A DNA stretch of 64,000 nt, taken from contig JAZORZ010000071.1 of NCBI GenBank assembly GCA_045656885.1, forward strand, positions 2,509 through 66,508, given 5' to 3'. Positions 35,790 to 44,565 of this stretch are shown here, in pieces. Numbering within the stretch: the stretch's first letter is position 1; every line of letters begins with the position of its first letter. Origin of the DNA: Eubacteriales bacterium. GTDB taxonomy: Bacteria > Bacillota > Clostridia > Oscillospirales > CAG-272. Both the position numbers and the translations under genes were made by a program. The notes below the pieces were generated by a model, which saw only the letters and a program-made list of their open reading frames with translations, was not told where the DNA came from and made no database searches.

Positions 35790-37727
35790 ATGTTAAATCA
35801 ACCCCAAAATAACCAAAATTCTCTTTCCTGTCGCGTTGCTGTTATCGGTGCGGGACATGCAGGTATTGAGGCAGCTCTCGCCTCGGCACGGCTCGGCGTT
35901 GATACCGTTCTGTTTACAATGTCGCTCGAGTCGATTGCCAACATGCCCTGCAACCCTTCCATCGGTGGAACAGCTAAGGGACACCTCGTTTATGAGATAG
36001 ATGCCCTGGGCGGCGAAATGGGCCGCGCTGCGGATCTGGTCACCCTGCAATCCCGTCTTCTTAATATGGGAAAAGGCGTTGCCGTACAAAGCAAGCGCGT
36101 GCAAGCAGACCGCAAAAAGTATCAATCTATTATGAAGCGCACGCTTGAAACAACGCCCAATTTGCGTCTTGTGCAATCCGAGGTGACCGCAATATTTGTC
36201 TCTTCTAACGACAAATGTAGTGAGTTGTTAGAAAAAAGAGAAGATAATACCGCAATATTTGTCTCAGGTTTACAAACGCGCTTGGGCGAGAAATGGGATT
36301 GTGATTGTATTATTGTTGCCACAGGAACCTACCTTGAGAGTGCTATTTTTGTGGGCGACGTCAGCTACGAAGCAGGCCCCGACGGCTTTCTTCCCGCCAA
36401 GGGTCTCTCTGCTTCTCTAGAAGAGATTGGCGTCAAACTGCTCCGTTTTAAGACAGGTACGCCCGCGCGAATTAAGCGTGAGACCATCGATTTCTCGGTA
36501 CTCGAGGAGCAACCTGGTGATAAATTTATTCTCCCTTACTCTTCCCTTCATGACGAAAACTTCTTCAAGGATTTTGAACAGATCAGTTGCCACATCGTTT
36601 ATACCAATTCCGAGACCCACCGCATCATTCGCGAGAATATCACACGCAGCGCCCTTTATTCGGGCAAGATCCACGGCACAGGCCCTCGCTACTGCCCCTC
36701 GATTGAGGACAAGCTCGTTCGCTTTGCCGATAAGGAGCGACACCAGCTCTTTGTAGAGCCAATGGGTGCCGATACCTCGGAAATCTATCTGCAGGGCTTT
36801 TCCACCTCTCTCCCAACAGATGTGCAGGTCAAAATGCTGCATTCTCTTACGGGATTTGAGAATGCCGAGATCATGCGGTATGCCTACGCCATCGAATATG
36901 ACTGCGCTGACCCCTTGCAAATGGATGCAACGCTCGAATTTAAGCATATCAAAGGCCTTTTTGGCGCAGGACAGTTCAATGGTACATCCGGCTATGAGGA
37001 AGCCGCCGCACAAGGCCTTGTTGCAGGCATCAATGCTGCAAGACGTGTCAAAAACCTTCCTTCTATTATATTACCGCGCTCCGGCAGCTACATTGGCACC
37101 TTAATTGACGATCTTGTCACCAAAGGAACCAACGAACCCTACCGTATGATGACCTCTCGCTCGGAGTATCGTCTGCTTTTGCGTCAAGATAACGCAGATT
37201 TGCGTCTGACACCCATCGGATACGAGGCAGGACTCATTGATGAGGCCCGTTATCAGGCGTTTTTGTGCAAAAAAGAGGCACAAGAGGCCGAAAAAGAGCG
37301 ATTGGAGCAAACATTTGTATCTCCCGCACTTGCAAATCCTCTCCTGGAGCGCATTGGCGAAACTACGCTTAAATCCGGCTCTTCCTTGGCAAATTTGCTC
37401 CGCAGACCCGCCGTTACCTATGATTTGCTTGCAGAAATTGATACAAATCGCCCCGAATTGCCTTATTCTGTGCAACTTTCGGTTGAAACCGACACAAAAT
37501 ATAAAGGTTACACCGACCGCCAGATAGCCGACGTTGAAAGACAAAAGAAATTCGAGGCAAAATCACTCCCCGAAAGCATCGATTACACAAAAATAAAAGG
37601 TTTACGCCTTGAAGCCGCGCAAAAATTGGCAAACATTCGCCCCAAAACACTCGGCCAAGCCGCGCGCGTTAGCGGTGTTAATCCCGCCGACATTACCGTT
37701 TTGATGATTTATTTAGAAATGAAATGA
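35790..37727 (+). CDS. mnmG: tRNA uridine 5-carboxymethylaminomethyl modification enzyme MnmG, carrying a 21-aa in-frame insertion
   Basis: VIGAGHAGIEAA..MSCNPSIGG-type motif (MPCNPSIGGTAKG), GTGPRYCPSIEDK. Confidence 0.95.
   Translation: MLNQPQNNQNSLSCRVAVIGAGHAGIEAALASARLGVDTVLFTMSLESIANMPCNPSIGGTAKGHLVYEIDALGGEMGRAADLVTLQSRLLNMGKGVAVQSKRVQADRKKYQSIMKRTLETTPNLRLVQSEVTAIFVSSNDKCSELLEKREDNTAIFVSGLQTRLGEKWDCDCIIVATGTYLESAIFVGDVSYEAGPDGFLPAKGLSASLEEIGVKLLRFKTGTPARIKRETIDFSVLEEQPGDKFILPYSSLHDENFFKDFEQISCHIVYTNSETHRIIRENITRSALYSGKIHGTGPRYCPSIEDKLVRFADKERHQLFVEPMGADTSEIYLQGFSTSLPTDVQVKMLHSLTGFENAEIMRYAYAIEYDCADPLQMDATLEFKHIKGLFGAGQFNGTSGYEEAAAQGLVAGINAARRVKNLPSIILPRSGSYIGTLIDDLVTKGTNEPYRMMTSRSEYRLLLRQDNADLRLTPIGYEAGLIDEARYQAFLCKKEAQEAEKERLEQTFVSPALANPLLERIGETTLKSGSSLANLLRRPAVTYDLLAEIDTNRPELPYSVQLSVETDTKYKGYTDRQIADVERQKKFEAKSLPESIDYTKIKGLRLEAAQKLANIRPKTLGQAARVSGVNPADITVLMIYLEMK
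36186..36265 (+). repeat. 17-bp direct repeat ACCGCAATATTTGTCTC x2 spaced exactly 63 bp, inside mnmG
   Basis: Copies at 36186-36202 and 36249-36265, encoding TAIFVS twice. The internal segment contains the hairpin ATTTGTC-N9-GACAAAT and AT-rich codons. Confidence 0.9.
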
Positions 37728-37736
37728 GGTTTTTCC

Positions 37737-38465
37737 TTGGATTTTACTACTTTTTCGCAGATTTTTAACACTGCGGCAGCCAAAAACGGCATTTTAATAC
37801 CAAACGAAGCACAAATGCTTCAATTTTACCGCTTTACAGAGTATCTTTTAGAAGTAAACGCGCACACCAATCTGACCGCCATCCGAGAACCTGTTGGCGT
37901 TGTTGATAAACACTATATTGACTCTCTTTTAGCAATGGATCTCATTCCGAATGGAGCTCGCGTGCTTGATTTGGGTTGTGGACCGGGATTTCCGTCCATT
38001 CCACTTGCCATCATGCGCCCCGATTTAGAGATCACCGCACTTGACAGTACCGCAAAAAAGATTGATTTTGTGCAAAAAAGTGCAGAAATCCTGCAATTAT
38101 CCAACTTAAAAAGTGTTTGCGGGCGTGCAGAAGACGCAAAATTAAGAAAAATGCTTGGTAAGCACGATATTGTGGTAAGTCGTGCCGTGGCGCGGCTCAA
38201 CGTGTTGTGTGAACTCTGTATTCCATATTTGAAAATCGGTGGCTGTTTGGTTGCATTAAAAGGCGCTAAATATGAGGAGGAATTGGTCGAGGCAACCAAC
38301 GCAATCAAGATTTTAGGCGCGGAAACCACTAAAACAGAACAAAAAGAGCTCATTACAGCCGATAACCAAGCAGAAACACGCGGAATAATCATTATTCAAT
38401 CCAAAAAAGAAGCACCAAGCCAATATCCGCGTGCCTACGCAGCCATTCTTAAAAAACCGTTATAA
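37737..38465 (+). CDS. rsmG: 16S rRNA (guanine527-N7)-methyltransferase
   Basis: VLDLGCGPGFPSIPLAI SAM motif. Follows mnmG. TTG start as given by the track. Confidence 0.9.
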   Translation: MDFTTFSQIFNTAAAKNGILIPNEAQMLQFYRFTEYLLEVNAHTNLTAIREPVGVVDKHYIDSLLAMDLIPNGARVLDLGCGPGFPSIPLAIMRPDLEITALDSTAKKIDFVQKSAEILQLSNLKSVCGRAEDAKLRKMLGKHDIVVSRAVARLNVLCELCIPYLKIGGCLVALKGAKYEEELVEATNAIKILGAETTKTEQKELITADNQAETRGIIIIQSKKEAPSQYPRAYAAILKKPL

Positions 38466-38469
38466 ATAA

Positions 38470-38591
38470 AGTTTCACGTGAAACAATTATCTCTGTTGTT
38501 GATATGTTTCACGTGAAACTCTTTGTTTTTATTGCCATATGTTTCACGTGAAACATATGCTCGCTGTTGGGTGTTTGTTTCACGTGAAACG
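38470..38591. promoter_or_regulatory. parS: array of four parS centromere sites
   Basis: aGTTTCACGTGAAACa (38470), TGTTTCACGTGAAACt (38505), TGTTTCACGTGAAACA (38540), TGTTTCACGTGAAACg (38576). These match the Bacillus consensus TGTTNCACGTGAAACA. Spacing is 35/35/36 bp. Confidence 0.9.
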
Positions 38592-38631
38592 TGATTTTTT
38601 TGATATTTCTTTAATTTATTTGCAAAAAACA

Positions 38632-38660
38632 TTGCATTTTTGTAAAAAATGTGGTATAAT
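38632..38660 (+). promoter_or_regulatory. sigma-A type promoter of parA-parB
   Basis: TTGCAT-17 nt (ending TGg)-TATAAT, an extended -10. Confidence 0.6.
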
Positions 38661-38711
38661 AATAAAAAAAACACAACCTTTACAACTTACATCAAAGAGA
38701 GGATTTACATT

Positions 38712-39473
38712 ATGGGAAAAATTATTGCTTTCGCAAACCAAAAAGGCGGCGTTGGTAAAACAACCTCCGCAGTAAATATTGCAGCATCTTTGGGCGTTTT
38801 GGGCTACAAAGTGCTCATGATCGACCTTGACCCCCAAGGAAATGCCACCAGCGGCGTGGGCGTTATCAAAAAGAGCTTGAAAATGACCGCTTTTGATCTT
38901 CTGACCACCGATGCTACCGTTCAAGACGTTATGATCAAGACAAAATTTGATAATTTGAGCATCATTCCTACCAATACAACACTTGCACGCGCAGAATATG
39001 AGCTCGCAGACGTTGAAAACGGCGAATTTGTTATCAAAAATAAGCTCGCTCCTGTTTTGGACGGCTTTGATTACGTTATTATTGACTGTCCTCCGTCTCT
39101 TGGCATGCTTACCGTTAACGCAATGACTGCCGCAAACGGCGTTGTTATCCCCATGCAATGCGAATTTTTCGCACTTGAGGGACTTTCTCAGCTGATGTTT
39201 ACCATTAGCCGCATCAAATCGCATTATAATAAGGAACTCAACGTTACCGGTATCCTTATTACCATGTATAACAACCGCCTCATTCTCTCCGCACAGGTTC
39301 TCAACGAGCTGAGAAAGCACTATGCGGACAAGCTGTTTGAGACAACCGTATCCAGAAACGTTAAGCTTTCCGAAGCTCCCAGCTTTGGTGCACCCGTTTA
39401 TTACCACGAAAAGCGCTCCAAGGGTGCTATTGAGTACCTGAATATTGCAAAAGAGCTTGCGGAGCGCATTTAA
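38712..39473 (+). CDS. parA: chromosome partitioning ATPase ParA/Soj
   Basis: MGKIIAFANQKGGVGKTT deviant Walker A. Start trimmed to ATG 38712 behind AGAGAGGA. Confidence 0.95.
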   Translation: MGKIIAFANQKGGVGKTTSAVNIAASLGVLGYKVLMIDLDPQGNATSGVGVIKKSLKMTAFDLLTTDATVQDVMIKTKFDNLSIIPTNTTLARAEYELADVENGEFVIKNKLAPVLDGFDYVIIDCPPSLGMLTVNAMTAANGVVIPMQCEFFALEGLSQLMFTISRIKSHYNKELNVTGILITMYNNRLILSAQVLNELRKHYADKLFETTVSRNVKLSEAPSFGAPVYYHEKRSKGAIEYLNIAKELAERI

Positions 39474-39484
39474 GGAGGTAGCAA

Positions 39485-40384
39485 ATGGCAAAATCAAGAA
39501 GTGGACTGGGGCGCGACTTCTATTCCTTGCTTGATGACAATATTTTAGCAAGTGATAAGACGTCTGCTGCCACCAATTTGCGTATTTCGCAGGTAGAACC
39601 TCGCAGCGACCAGCCCAGAAAGGAGTTTTCTCCCGAGGCACTCGGTCAGTTGGCAGATTCTATTGCACAATTTGGCGTTTTGCAACCCATTATCGTTCGT
39701 GAGAGCGCACTTTTGGAAGGGAACTACGAAATTATTGCCGGTGAACGCCGTTGGAGAGCTTCCAAAATGGCAGGACTGAGCGAAATTCCCGCAGTTATCC
39801 TTGACGGTGACGATCTCAAGGCGGCTCAAGTTGCCGTTATTGAGAACGTACAGCGCGAAGACCTCAATCCCGTCGAAGAAGCATTCGCTTACGATGCTCT
39901 GATTGAGCGTTTTGGTCTGACACAAGAGCAGGTTGCAAAGCAAGTAGGCAAGAGCCGCTCCGCAATCACCAACTGCTTGCGTTTGTTGGATCTTCCCGAT
40001 GAGGTTTTGGATCTTTTGAAGAGAGGCGAGCTTTCCGCGGGCCACGCACGTGCATTGCTCGGGCTTGATAATGAAGAACAGATGGCCCCTTTGGCAATGA
40101 AGGTTGTTGAAAAAGGTCTTTCTGTTCGCGATGTTGAGCGCACGGTTCGTCTGATGAACTATACCCCTGACGAGGTGGATACCGAAGAGCAAAACGAAGC
40201 AAAGCAGAGAAAAGCATACATGCACGATCTCGAGCATCGCGCCGTTTCTGTTCTCGGCAGACGTGTTCGCATTCTTAAAACTGCCAAAAAGAAGGTTGTT
40301 GAGCTGGCTTACAGCGACGATGACGACCTGGCAGAGCTCCTTAAGAGCATTTGCGGCGGAGACTTTTTCGCTGACAACGATTAA
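39485..40384 (+). CDS. parB: chromosome partitioning protein ParB/Spo0J
   Basis: ..IIAGERRWRA.. (ParB box), HTH QEQVAKQVGKSRSAITNCLRLL. Confidence 0.95.
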   Translation: MAKSRSGLGRDFYSLLDDNILASDKTSAATNLRISQVEPRSDQPRKEFSPEALGQLADSIAQFGVLQPIIVRESALLEGNYEIIAGERRWRASKMAGLSEIPAVILDGDDLKAAQVAVIENVQREDLNPVEEAFAYDALIERFGLTQEQVAKQVGKSRSAITNCLRLLDLPDEVLDLLKRGELSAGHARALLGLDNEEQMAPLAMKVVEKGLSVRDVERTVRLMNYTPDEVDTEEQNEAKQRKAYMHDLEHRAVSVLGRRVRILKTAKKKVVELAYSDDDDLAELLKSICGGDFFADND

Positions 40385-40411
40385 TTTACGATTACCATTT
40401 GGAGAAAAACA

Positions 40412-41692
40412 ATGTTAGATATCAAATATATTAAAGAAAATCCCGAAGAAGTGATTGCAAGATTGGCAAAAAAAGGAAAAGATGGAAAAAATGATATAGA
40501 AATGATCCTTTCCTTAGATACCGAGCGCCGTGCAATCATTGGTGAGGTTGAGCAGCTCAAGGCACAGCAAAACCAAACCAACAAGCTGATCCCTCAATAC
40601 AAAAAAGAGGGCAAGGATATGGCACCTATTTTTGCCGAAATGAAGGAGCTTGGTGCAAAAATCAAGGCAGATGACGACAAGCTGAAGGAAGTTGAAACTC
40701 AACTGACCTCCTTTATGCTCGGTCTACCCAATCTGCCCGATAACGACCTCCTCCCCGGCGGAAAAGAGAATAATGAGCCCCTGCGCTACTATGGCGAGCC
40801 CAGAAAATTCGACTTTGAGTTCAAAAATCACGTTGATCTGTGCACAGATCTGGGGCTTATCGACTACAAACGCGGTGCAAAGCTCTCCGGCAACGGTTTT
40901 TGGATCTATTCCGGCATCGGCGCACGCCTTGAATGGGCACTTTTGAATTATTTTATCGACTATCACCTTGGAAATAATTACCAATTAATGCTCGTTCCTC
41001 ACATGCTTGGCTACGAATGCGGTCTTACCGCAGGTCAATTCCCCAAGTTCCAGGACGAGGTTTATTGGATGGAGACCGCAGAGGACGAAAGACGTCGTTT
41101 TATGCTGCCTACTGCAGAGACGGCACTGGTTTCCTTGCACCGTGACGAGATTTTGACCGAGGCAGACCTGCCCAAGAAGTATATCTCCTATACACCTTGC
41201 TTCCGCCGCGAGGCCGGCTCTTATCGCGCAGACGAGCGCGGTATGGTTCGCGGACACCAATTCAACAAGGTTGAAATGGTCCAGTACACACTGCCCGAAA
41301 AGAGTGACGAGGCATTTGAAGAGCTCGTTGCCAACGCCGAGGGCCTTGTTAAGGGCTTGGGCTTCCACTTCCGCACCGTGAAACTCGCCGCAGAGGACTG
41401 CTCCGCATCGATGGCACGCACCTATGACATTGAAATCAACATTCCCTCTATGAACGGCTACAAAGAGGTTTCTTCTGTTTCCAACGCACGTGACTATCAG
41501 GCAAGACGCGGCATGATGCGTGTAAAGCGCGACAACGGTAAGACCGAATTCTTGCACACGCTCAACGGTTCGGGCCTTGCAACCAGCCGTATTTTCCCCG
41601 CTTTGGTAGAGCAAAACCAAAATGCCGACGGCAGCGTAACTGTGCCCGAGGTTCTTCGCAAGTATATTGGTCTTGATGTTATCAAAAAGTAA
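40412..41692 (+). CDS. serS: serine--tRNA ligase
   Basis: MLDIKYIKENPEEV.., class II motifs FRREAGS, GSGLATSR. Confidence 0.95.
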   Translation: MLDIKYIKENPEEVIARLAKKGKDGKNDIEMILSLDTERRAIIGEVEQLKAQQNQTNKLIPQYKKEGKDMAPIFAEMKELGAKIKADDDKLKEVETQLTSFMLGLPNLPDNDLLPGGKENNEPLRYYGEPRKFDFEFKNHVDLCTDLGLIDYKRGAKLSGNGFWIYSGIGARLEWALLNYFIDYHLGNNYQLMLVPHMLGYECGLTAGQFPKFQDEVYWMETAEDERRRFMLPTAETALVSLHRDEILTEADLPKKYISYTPCFRREAGSYRADERGMVRGHQFNKVEMVQYTLPEKSDEAFEELVANAEGLVKGLGFHFRTVKLAAEDCSASMARTYDIEINIPSMNGYKEVSSVSNARDYQARRGMMRVKRDNGKTEFLHTLNGSGLATSRIFPALVEQNQNADGSVTVPEVLRKYIGLDVIKK

Positions 41693-41722
41693 TTTTTCTC
41701 CCATTCAAAACTGTAAAGGAGA

Positions 41723-42382
41723 ATGCTTATGCTAACCCCTGCTGTCGTTTTTTCTCTCGCCGCCAGCTCCTCTTTTTGGGAGCAATTTGCAGGATGGTAT
41801 CAAAATTCCACCCTTGGCGAGTTGATACGCTATTTTAAGGAAACCTATTTTTCCATTCGTTTTGGGGCATACGACAATTTTTCCGTTACCGAGCAAACCG
41901 CAAGCATCATTAACAAAATCATACCCGCGCTTGTTTTGGGAATCATCGTTGCCGCTATCGCGACTGTTTTCAGCCGCCGCGCATTAGGCGGTTTTGTTAA
42001 GACGTTATGCAAAAAAGAGGCATTTTCACCCGAGAATGCGGTAACGTTGTTTGATACCGGCGCGTTTCGTAGCACGGTCGTGCGACGCGAACTGTGCCGC
42101 GGTGCGTTCTTGCGAAAGGTCGTACTTTGCCGCGAGGAACAAGCGTTTTTGAGTGAAAAAGGGAAGGACGCTACGTACGAAATCGATTTTACCAAGGATC
42201 ATTTCTACATTCCCGAGGACCTCAAATACCGTGCCGAAAATCGCTTTAGACAAAAGGGAACGGGTTGGCCGACCGTTGTACTGACGGTCATTCTGGTTCC
42301 CCTCGTTGTGGGGCTGCTTTGCCGTTTTATGCCCAACATATTGCAATTTGCCGACTCTATTATCACGTTTTTCGCACCATAA
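41723..42382 (+). CDS. hypothetical membrane protein
   Basis: 219-aa ORF with 3 hydrophobic segments and AAGGAG RBS. Confidence 0.55.
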   Translation: MLMLTPAVVFSLAASSSFWEQFAGWYQNSTLGELIRYFKETYFSIRFGAYDNFSVTEQTASIINKIIPALVLGIIVAAIATVFSRRALGGFVKTLCKKEAFSPENAVTLFDTGAFRSTVVRRELCRGAFLRKVVLCREEQAFLSEKGKDATYEIDFTKDHFYIPEDLKYRAENRFRQKGTGWPTVVLTVILVPLVVGLLCRFMPNILQFADSIITFFAP

Positions 42383-42391
42383 AAAAAGAAA

Positions 42392-42421
42392 AGCACCTGT
42401 GTTTTTTCACAGGTGCTTTTT
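42392..42421. terminator. bidirectional rho-independent terminator
   Basis: AGCACCTGTG-TTTTTT-CACAGGTGCT flanked by an A-run and a T-run. Confidence 0.8.
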
Positions 42422-42437
42422 GTGTTGTGAAACTTGA

Positions 42438-43379
42438 TCAGGTTTTAGAAAAAGGAAAAAGAGTAAGCATAAGTTCTTTTCCTGTTGCGAGCATAGAAAC
42501 AGAGGAAAGAAGTGCTTTTTGTCTAAGCGGAATATGCAAAGAGATTGCGCCGTCGTTCTCGTCTATTATATAATCCTTAAAAATCGGGTGCTTTGCAAAA
42601 GATGCAACGTCTGCCGACGATGGAAGATCAAACGCAGTGGGTTTTGCAATTCTTTCCTTTATACTTTGTTCAATGCGTAAGCCGTATTCCTGCGACACGT
42701 GTTGCAAATTTGCATGTGTTTGTTCTCTGTCGGGCAGGGCAGATACCTTTCCGTTATAGCGGCGCATTGTCATAAAAGTGCAAAAGAGATATGCGCCAAG
42801 ACGATCCAGCTTTTGTTCGTCAAGAGAGATTTTTACACGTGAAATCGACATCTCTTGTAAGTGACAGCCAACAAGGTTTGCAATCATCAAAATGTGTGCC
42901 ACCGCGTTGGTTTGCCGCTTGGCTCCAAATAGGGCGTCCATATAGAATTGGAGCGTGCAAAGTTTGCTCTCAATGTTCAACCCGCGGTTGTTTTTGGGCT
43001 CATCTGATGCGTCAAAAAGTGCCGAAAACGCATACCGTTGTGCATTTTCATATGCTTTTTGCACCTCTTTGGGACTCTCATTCAAAAGAAACGCCAGTGC
43101 AAGCTCAAGGTGCGGCCACGCAGGGTAAACCAAGAGAGTACCGCGAGAAGAGGGAAGTATTAAAAACTCTTTGCTGCCGTTAAACAATGTTAGCAGAGTT
43201 GCCATTTGGGCGGCCGAAAACGCAAAAGCTCCCGTGCCTCGACAGGATGCGATAACGTTAACACCGTTATGAAGATCGACCACAAAGCAATCTTCAAACA
43301 CCGCACGCCAAAAGCGCGCATCTTTGCCCTGATAAAAACTTTCTTCGGGCAGGTAACTTTCAATTTTATAACCACGCAT
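42438..43379 (-). CDS. hypothetical 313-aa protein, partner of the NERD gene
   Basis: ATG 43379 lies 5 nt after the NERD TGA (the track start 43388 is a TTG). No own RBS. No recognisable motif. Confidence 0.6.
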   Translation of the reverse strand: MRGYKIESYLPEESFYQGKDARFWRAVFEDCFVVDLHNGVNVIASCRGTGAFAFSAAQMATLLTLFNGSKEFLILPSSRGTLLVYPAWPHLELALAFLLNESPKEVQKAYENAQRYAFSALFDASDEPKNNRGLNIESKLCTLQFYMDALFGAKRQTNAVAHILMIANLVGCHLQEMSISRVKISLDEQKLDRLGAYLFCTFMTMRRYNGKVSALPDREQTHANLQHVSQEYGLRIEQSIKERIAKPTAFDLPSSADVASFAKHPIFKDYIIDENDGAISLHIPLRQKALLSSVSMLATGKELMLTLFPFSKT

Positions 43380-43384
43380 AGCAA

Positions 43385-44215
43385 TCAAAAAACAATATGA
43401 CGCACGCGGTGGAGCGCGATCTTTTGGCAGGTTCCGTCAAGGCACATCACGTCAAAAACCGTGTCACGGTTGTAAAAAACGTCACTCGCGCCATTGGTAA
43501 AGGTGATAAAGAGCTTATCCTTCATTTTCAGCGGTTGCGTTTCCACGCTCAAATATGCAATGCTACCCGTATCAACGCGCACAAGAGAGCCGTCGGCGGC
43601 ATCGCAATCAAAAAAGCAATCAGCAAGCATACCCTTGCAAAATTCGCTGTTGCGGCTGTAAAAGCGTGTGCAGTGAAGGATCTGTGCAGGGTCTGCAAAG
43701 GGCTCCTTTTGTGCCAACTCATTTGCGCGTTTTTTGATGTACGGAATGGCTTTTTGCGCTGTTAAGAGGGCAATGCCGTCCATTTCCTCGGGGAGTGTGA
43801 TCTTGCAATCGGGCTCGGCAAAAATCACAACACCGCAAATGGGCGTGGCCGTTTTGTAAAACCTGTGCATTTTATCGATGAATTGCTTGGTTGTGCCAAC
43901 GGGGCTTTTGAGCGTTTTATGCACACCGTTCTCTTTGTTTTGGTAAAAATCACCGTTTTTTTCCTGCCCGATCTCGCCTTTCCAATTTTTCACCTCGATG
44001 ACAAACGGAACGTTTTTGTGAATGACAAGAAAGTCCTTTTCGAGATAGAGCTTTTTATGGGGAACGACAACGTTTCGAATAACGCAATCAAAGCTTGTGC
44101 AAAGCAGGCGGTAGATGTTTTCCTCGCCGTCCGCTCCAAAGCTTTCAATCTCCTCCAGTGGGGGTAGATGCTTGGCACTCGCGCGGTTCCACATGGTTTT
44201 CAAAATTTGACTCAT
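43385..44215 (-). CDS. NERD (nuclease-related) domain protein with unassigned C-terminal domain
   Basis: ORF trimmed to ATG 44215 behind AGAGG. GEENIYRLL..VIRNVVVP..EKDFLVIHKNVPFVIEVKNWKGEI follows the NERD pattern (E..D-hydrophobic..E.K.w.G). Confidence 0.7.
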   Translation of the reverse strand: MSQILKTMWNRASAKHLPPLEEIESFGADGEENIYRLLCTSFDCVIRNVVVPHKKLYLEKDFLVIHKNVPFVIEVKNWKGEIGQEKNGDFYQNKENGVHKTLKSPVGTTKQFIDKMHRFYKTATPICGVVIFAEPDCKITLPEEMDGIALLTAQKAIPYIKKRANELAQKEPFADPAQILHCTRFYSRNSEFCKGMLADCFFDCDAADGSLVRVDTGSIAYLSVETQPLKMKDKLFITFTNGASDVFYNRDTVFDVMCLDGTCQKIALHRVRHIVF

Positions 44216-44245
44216 TTTTATAACCTCTTTTATTTCTTCTCTTGC

Positions 44246-44274
44246 AGTATAGCACAAAATTTCAAAACAGTCAA
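44246..44274 (-). promoter_or_regulatory. promoter of the NERD operon
   Basis: The minus strand reads TTGACT-17 nt (ending TGc)-TATACT. Confidence 0.6.
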
Positions 44275-44302
44275 GGGGAAAAGCAATTTCTGTTGATACG
44301 TA

Positions 44303-44328
44303 TAAAAAAGAGCGACCGGCGGTCGCTC
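44303..44328 (-). terminator. rho-independent terminator of the XRE gene
   Basis: GAGCGACC-GGC-GGTCGCTC followed on the minus strand by TTTTTT. Confidence 0.7.
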
Positions 44329-44334
44329 TCAAAA

Positions 44335-44547
44335 TCATTTTTCTTCGTCTTTTACGTATTCCAAAATATCGCTTACATTGCACTCTAAAGCCACACAAAT
44401 GCGGTCTAAAATATAACTGTCATAGCGAATAACGCGATTTTTATAGTAACGGTCGATTGTTTGAAATTTAATTTCCGTCCTTTTTGCCAATTCATATCGG
44501 GTAATGCCGCGCTTTTCCAAAATTTTATCGATTGTAAGTCTTATCAT
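44335..44547 (-). CDS. XRE-family HTH transcriptional regulator (70 aa)
   Basis: ILEKRGITRYELAKRTEIKFQTIDRYYKN Cro/C1-type HTH. AGAGAGGA RBS. Confidence 0.8.
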   Translation of the reverse strand: MIRLTIDKILEKRGITRYELAKRTEIKFQTIDRYYKNRVIRYDSYILDRICVALECNVSDILEYVKDEEK

Positions 44548-44565
44548 TTTTATTCCTCTCTTTCT

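Noticed and set aside
38474-38775. ORFs 38474-38674 (-) and 38539-38775 (+) with repeated FHVKH peptides. The four 14-16 bp repeats with ~20-bp spacers could also be taken for a mini CRISPR array.
   Set aside because: The repeats are palindromic parS sites (TGTTTCACGTGAAACA). They are too short and too few for CRISPR, and no cas genes are present. The ORFs are translation artefacts of the array and the parA promoter.
42830-42850. parS-like sequence TTTACACGTGAAATCG inside the 313-aa ORF.
   Set aside because: It has several mismatches to the 16-bp consensus outside the central CACGTG, so it is probably chance.
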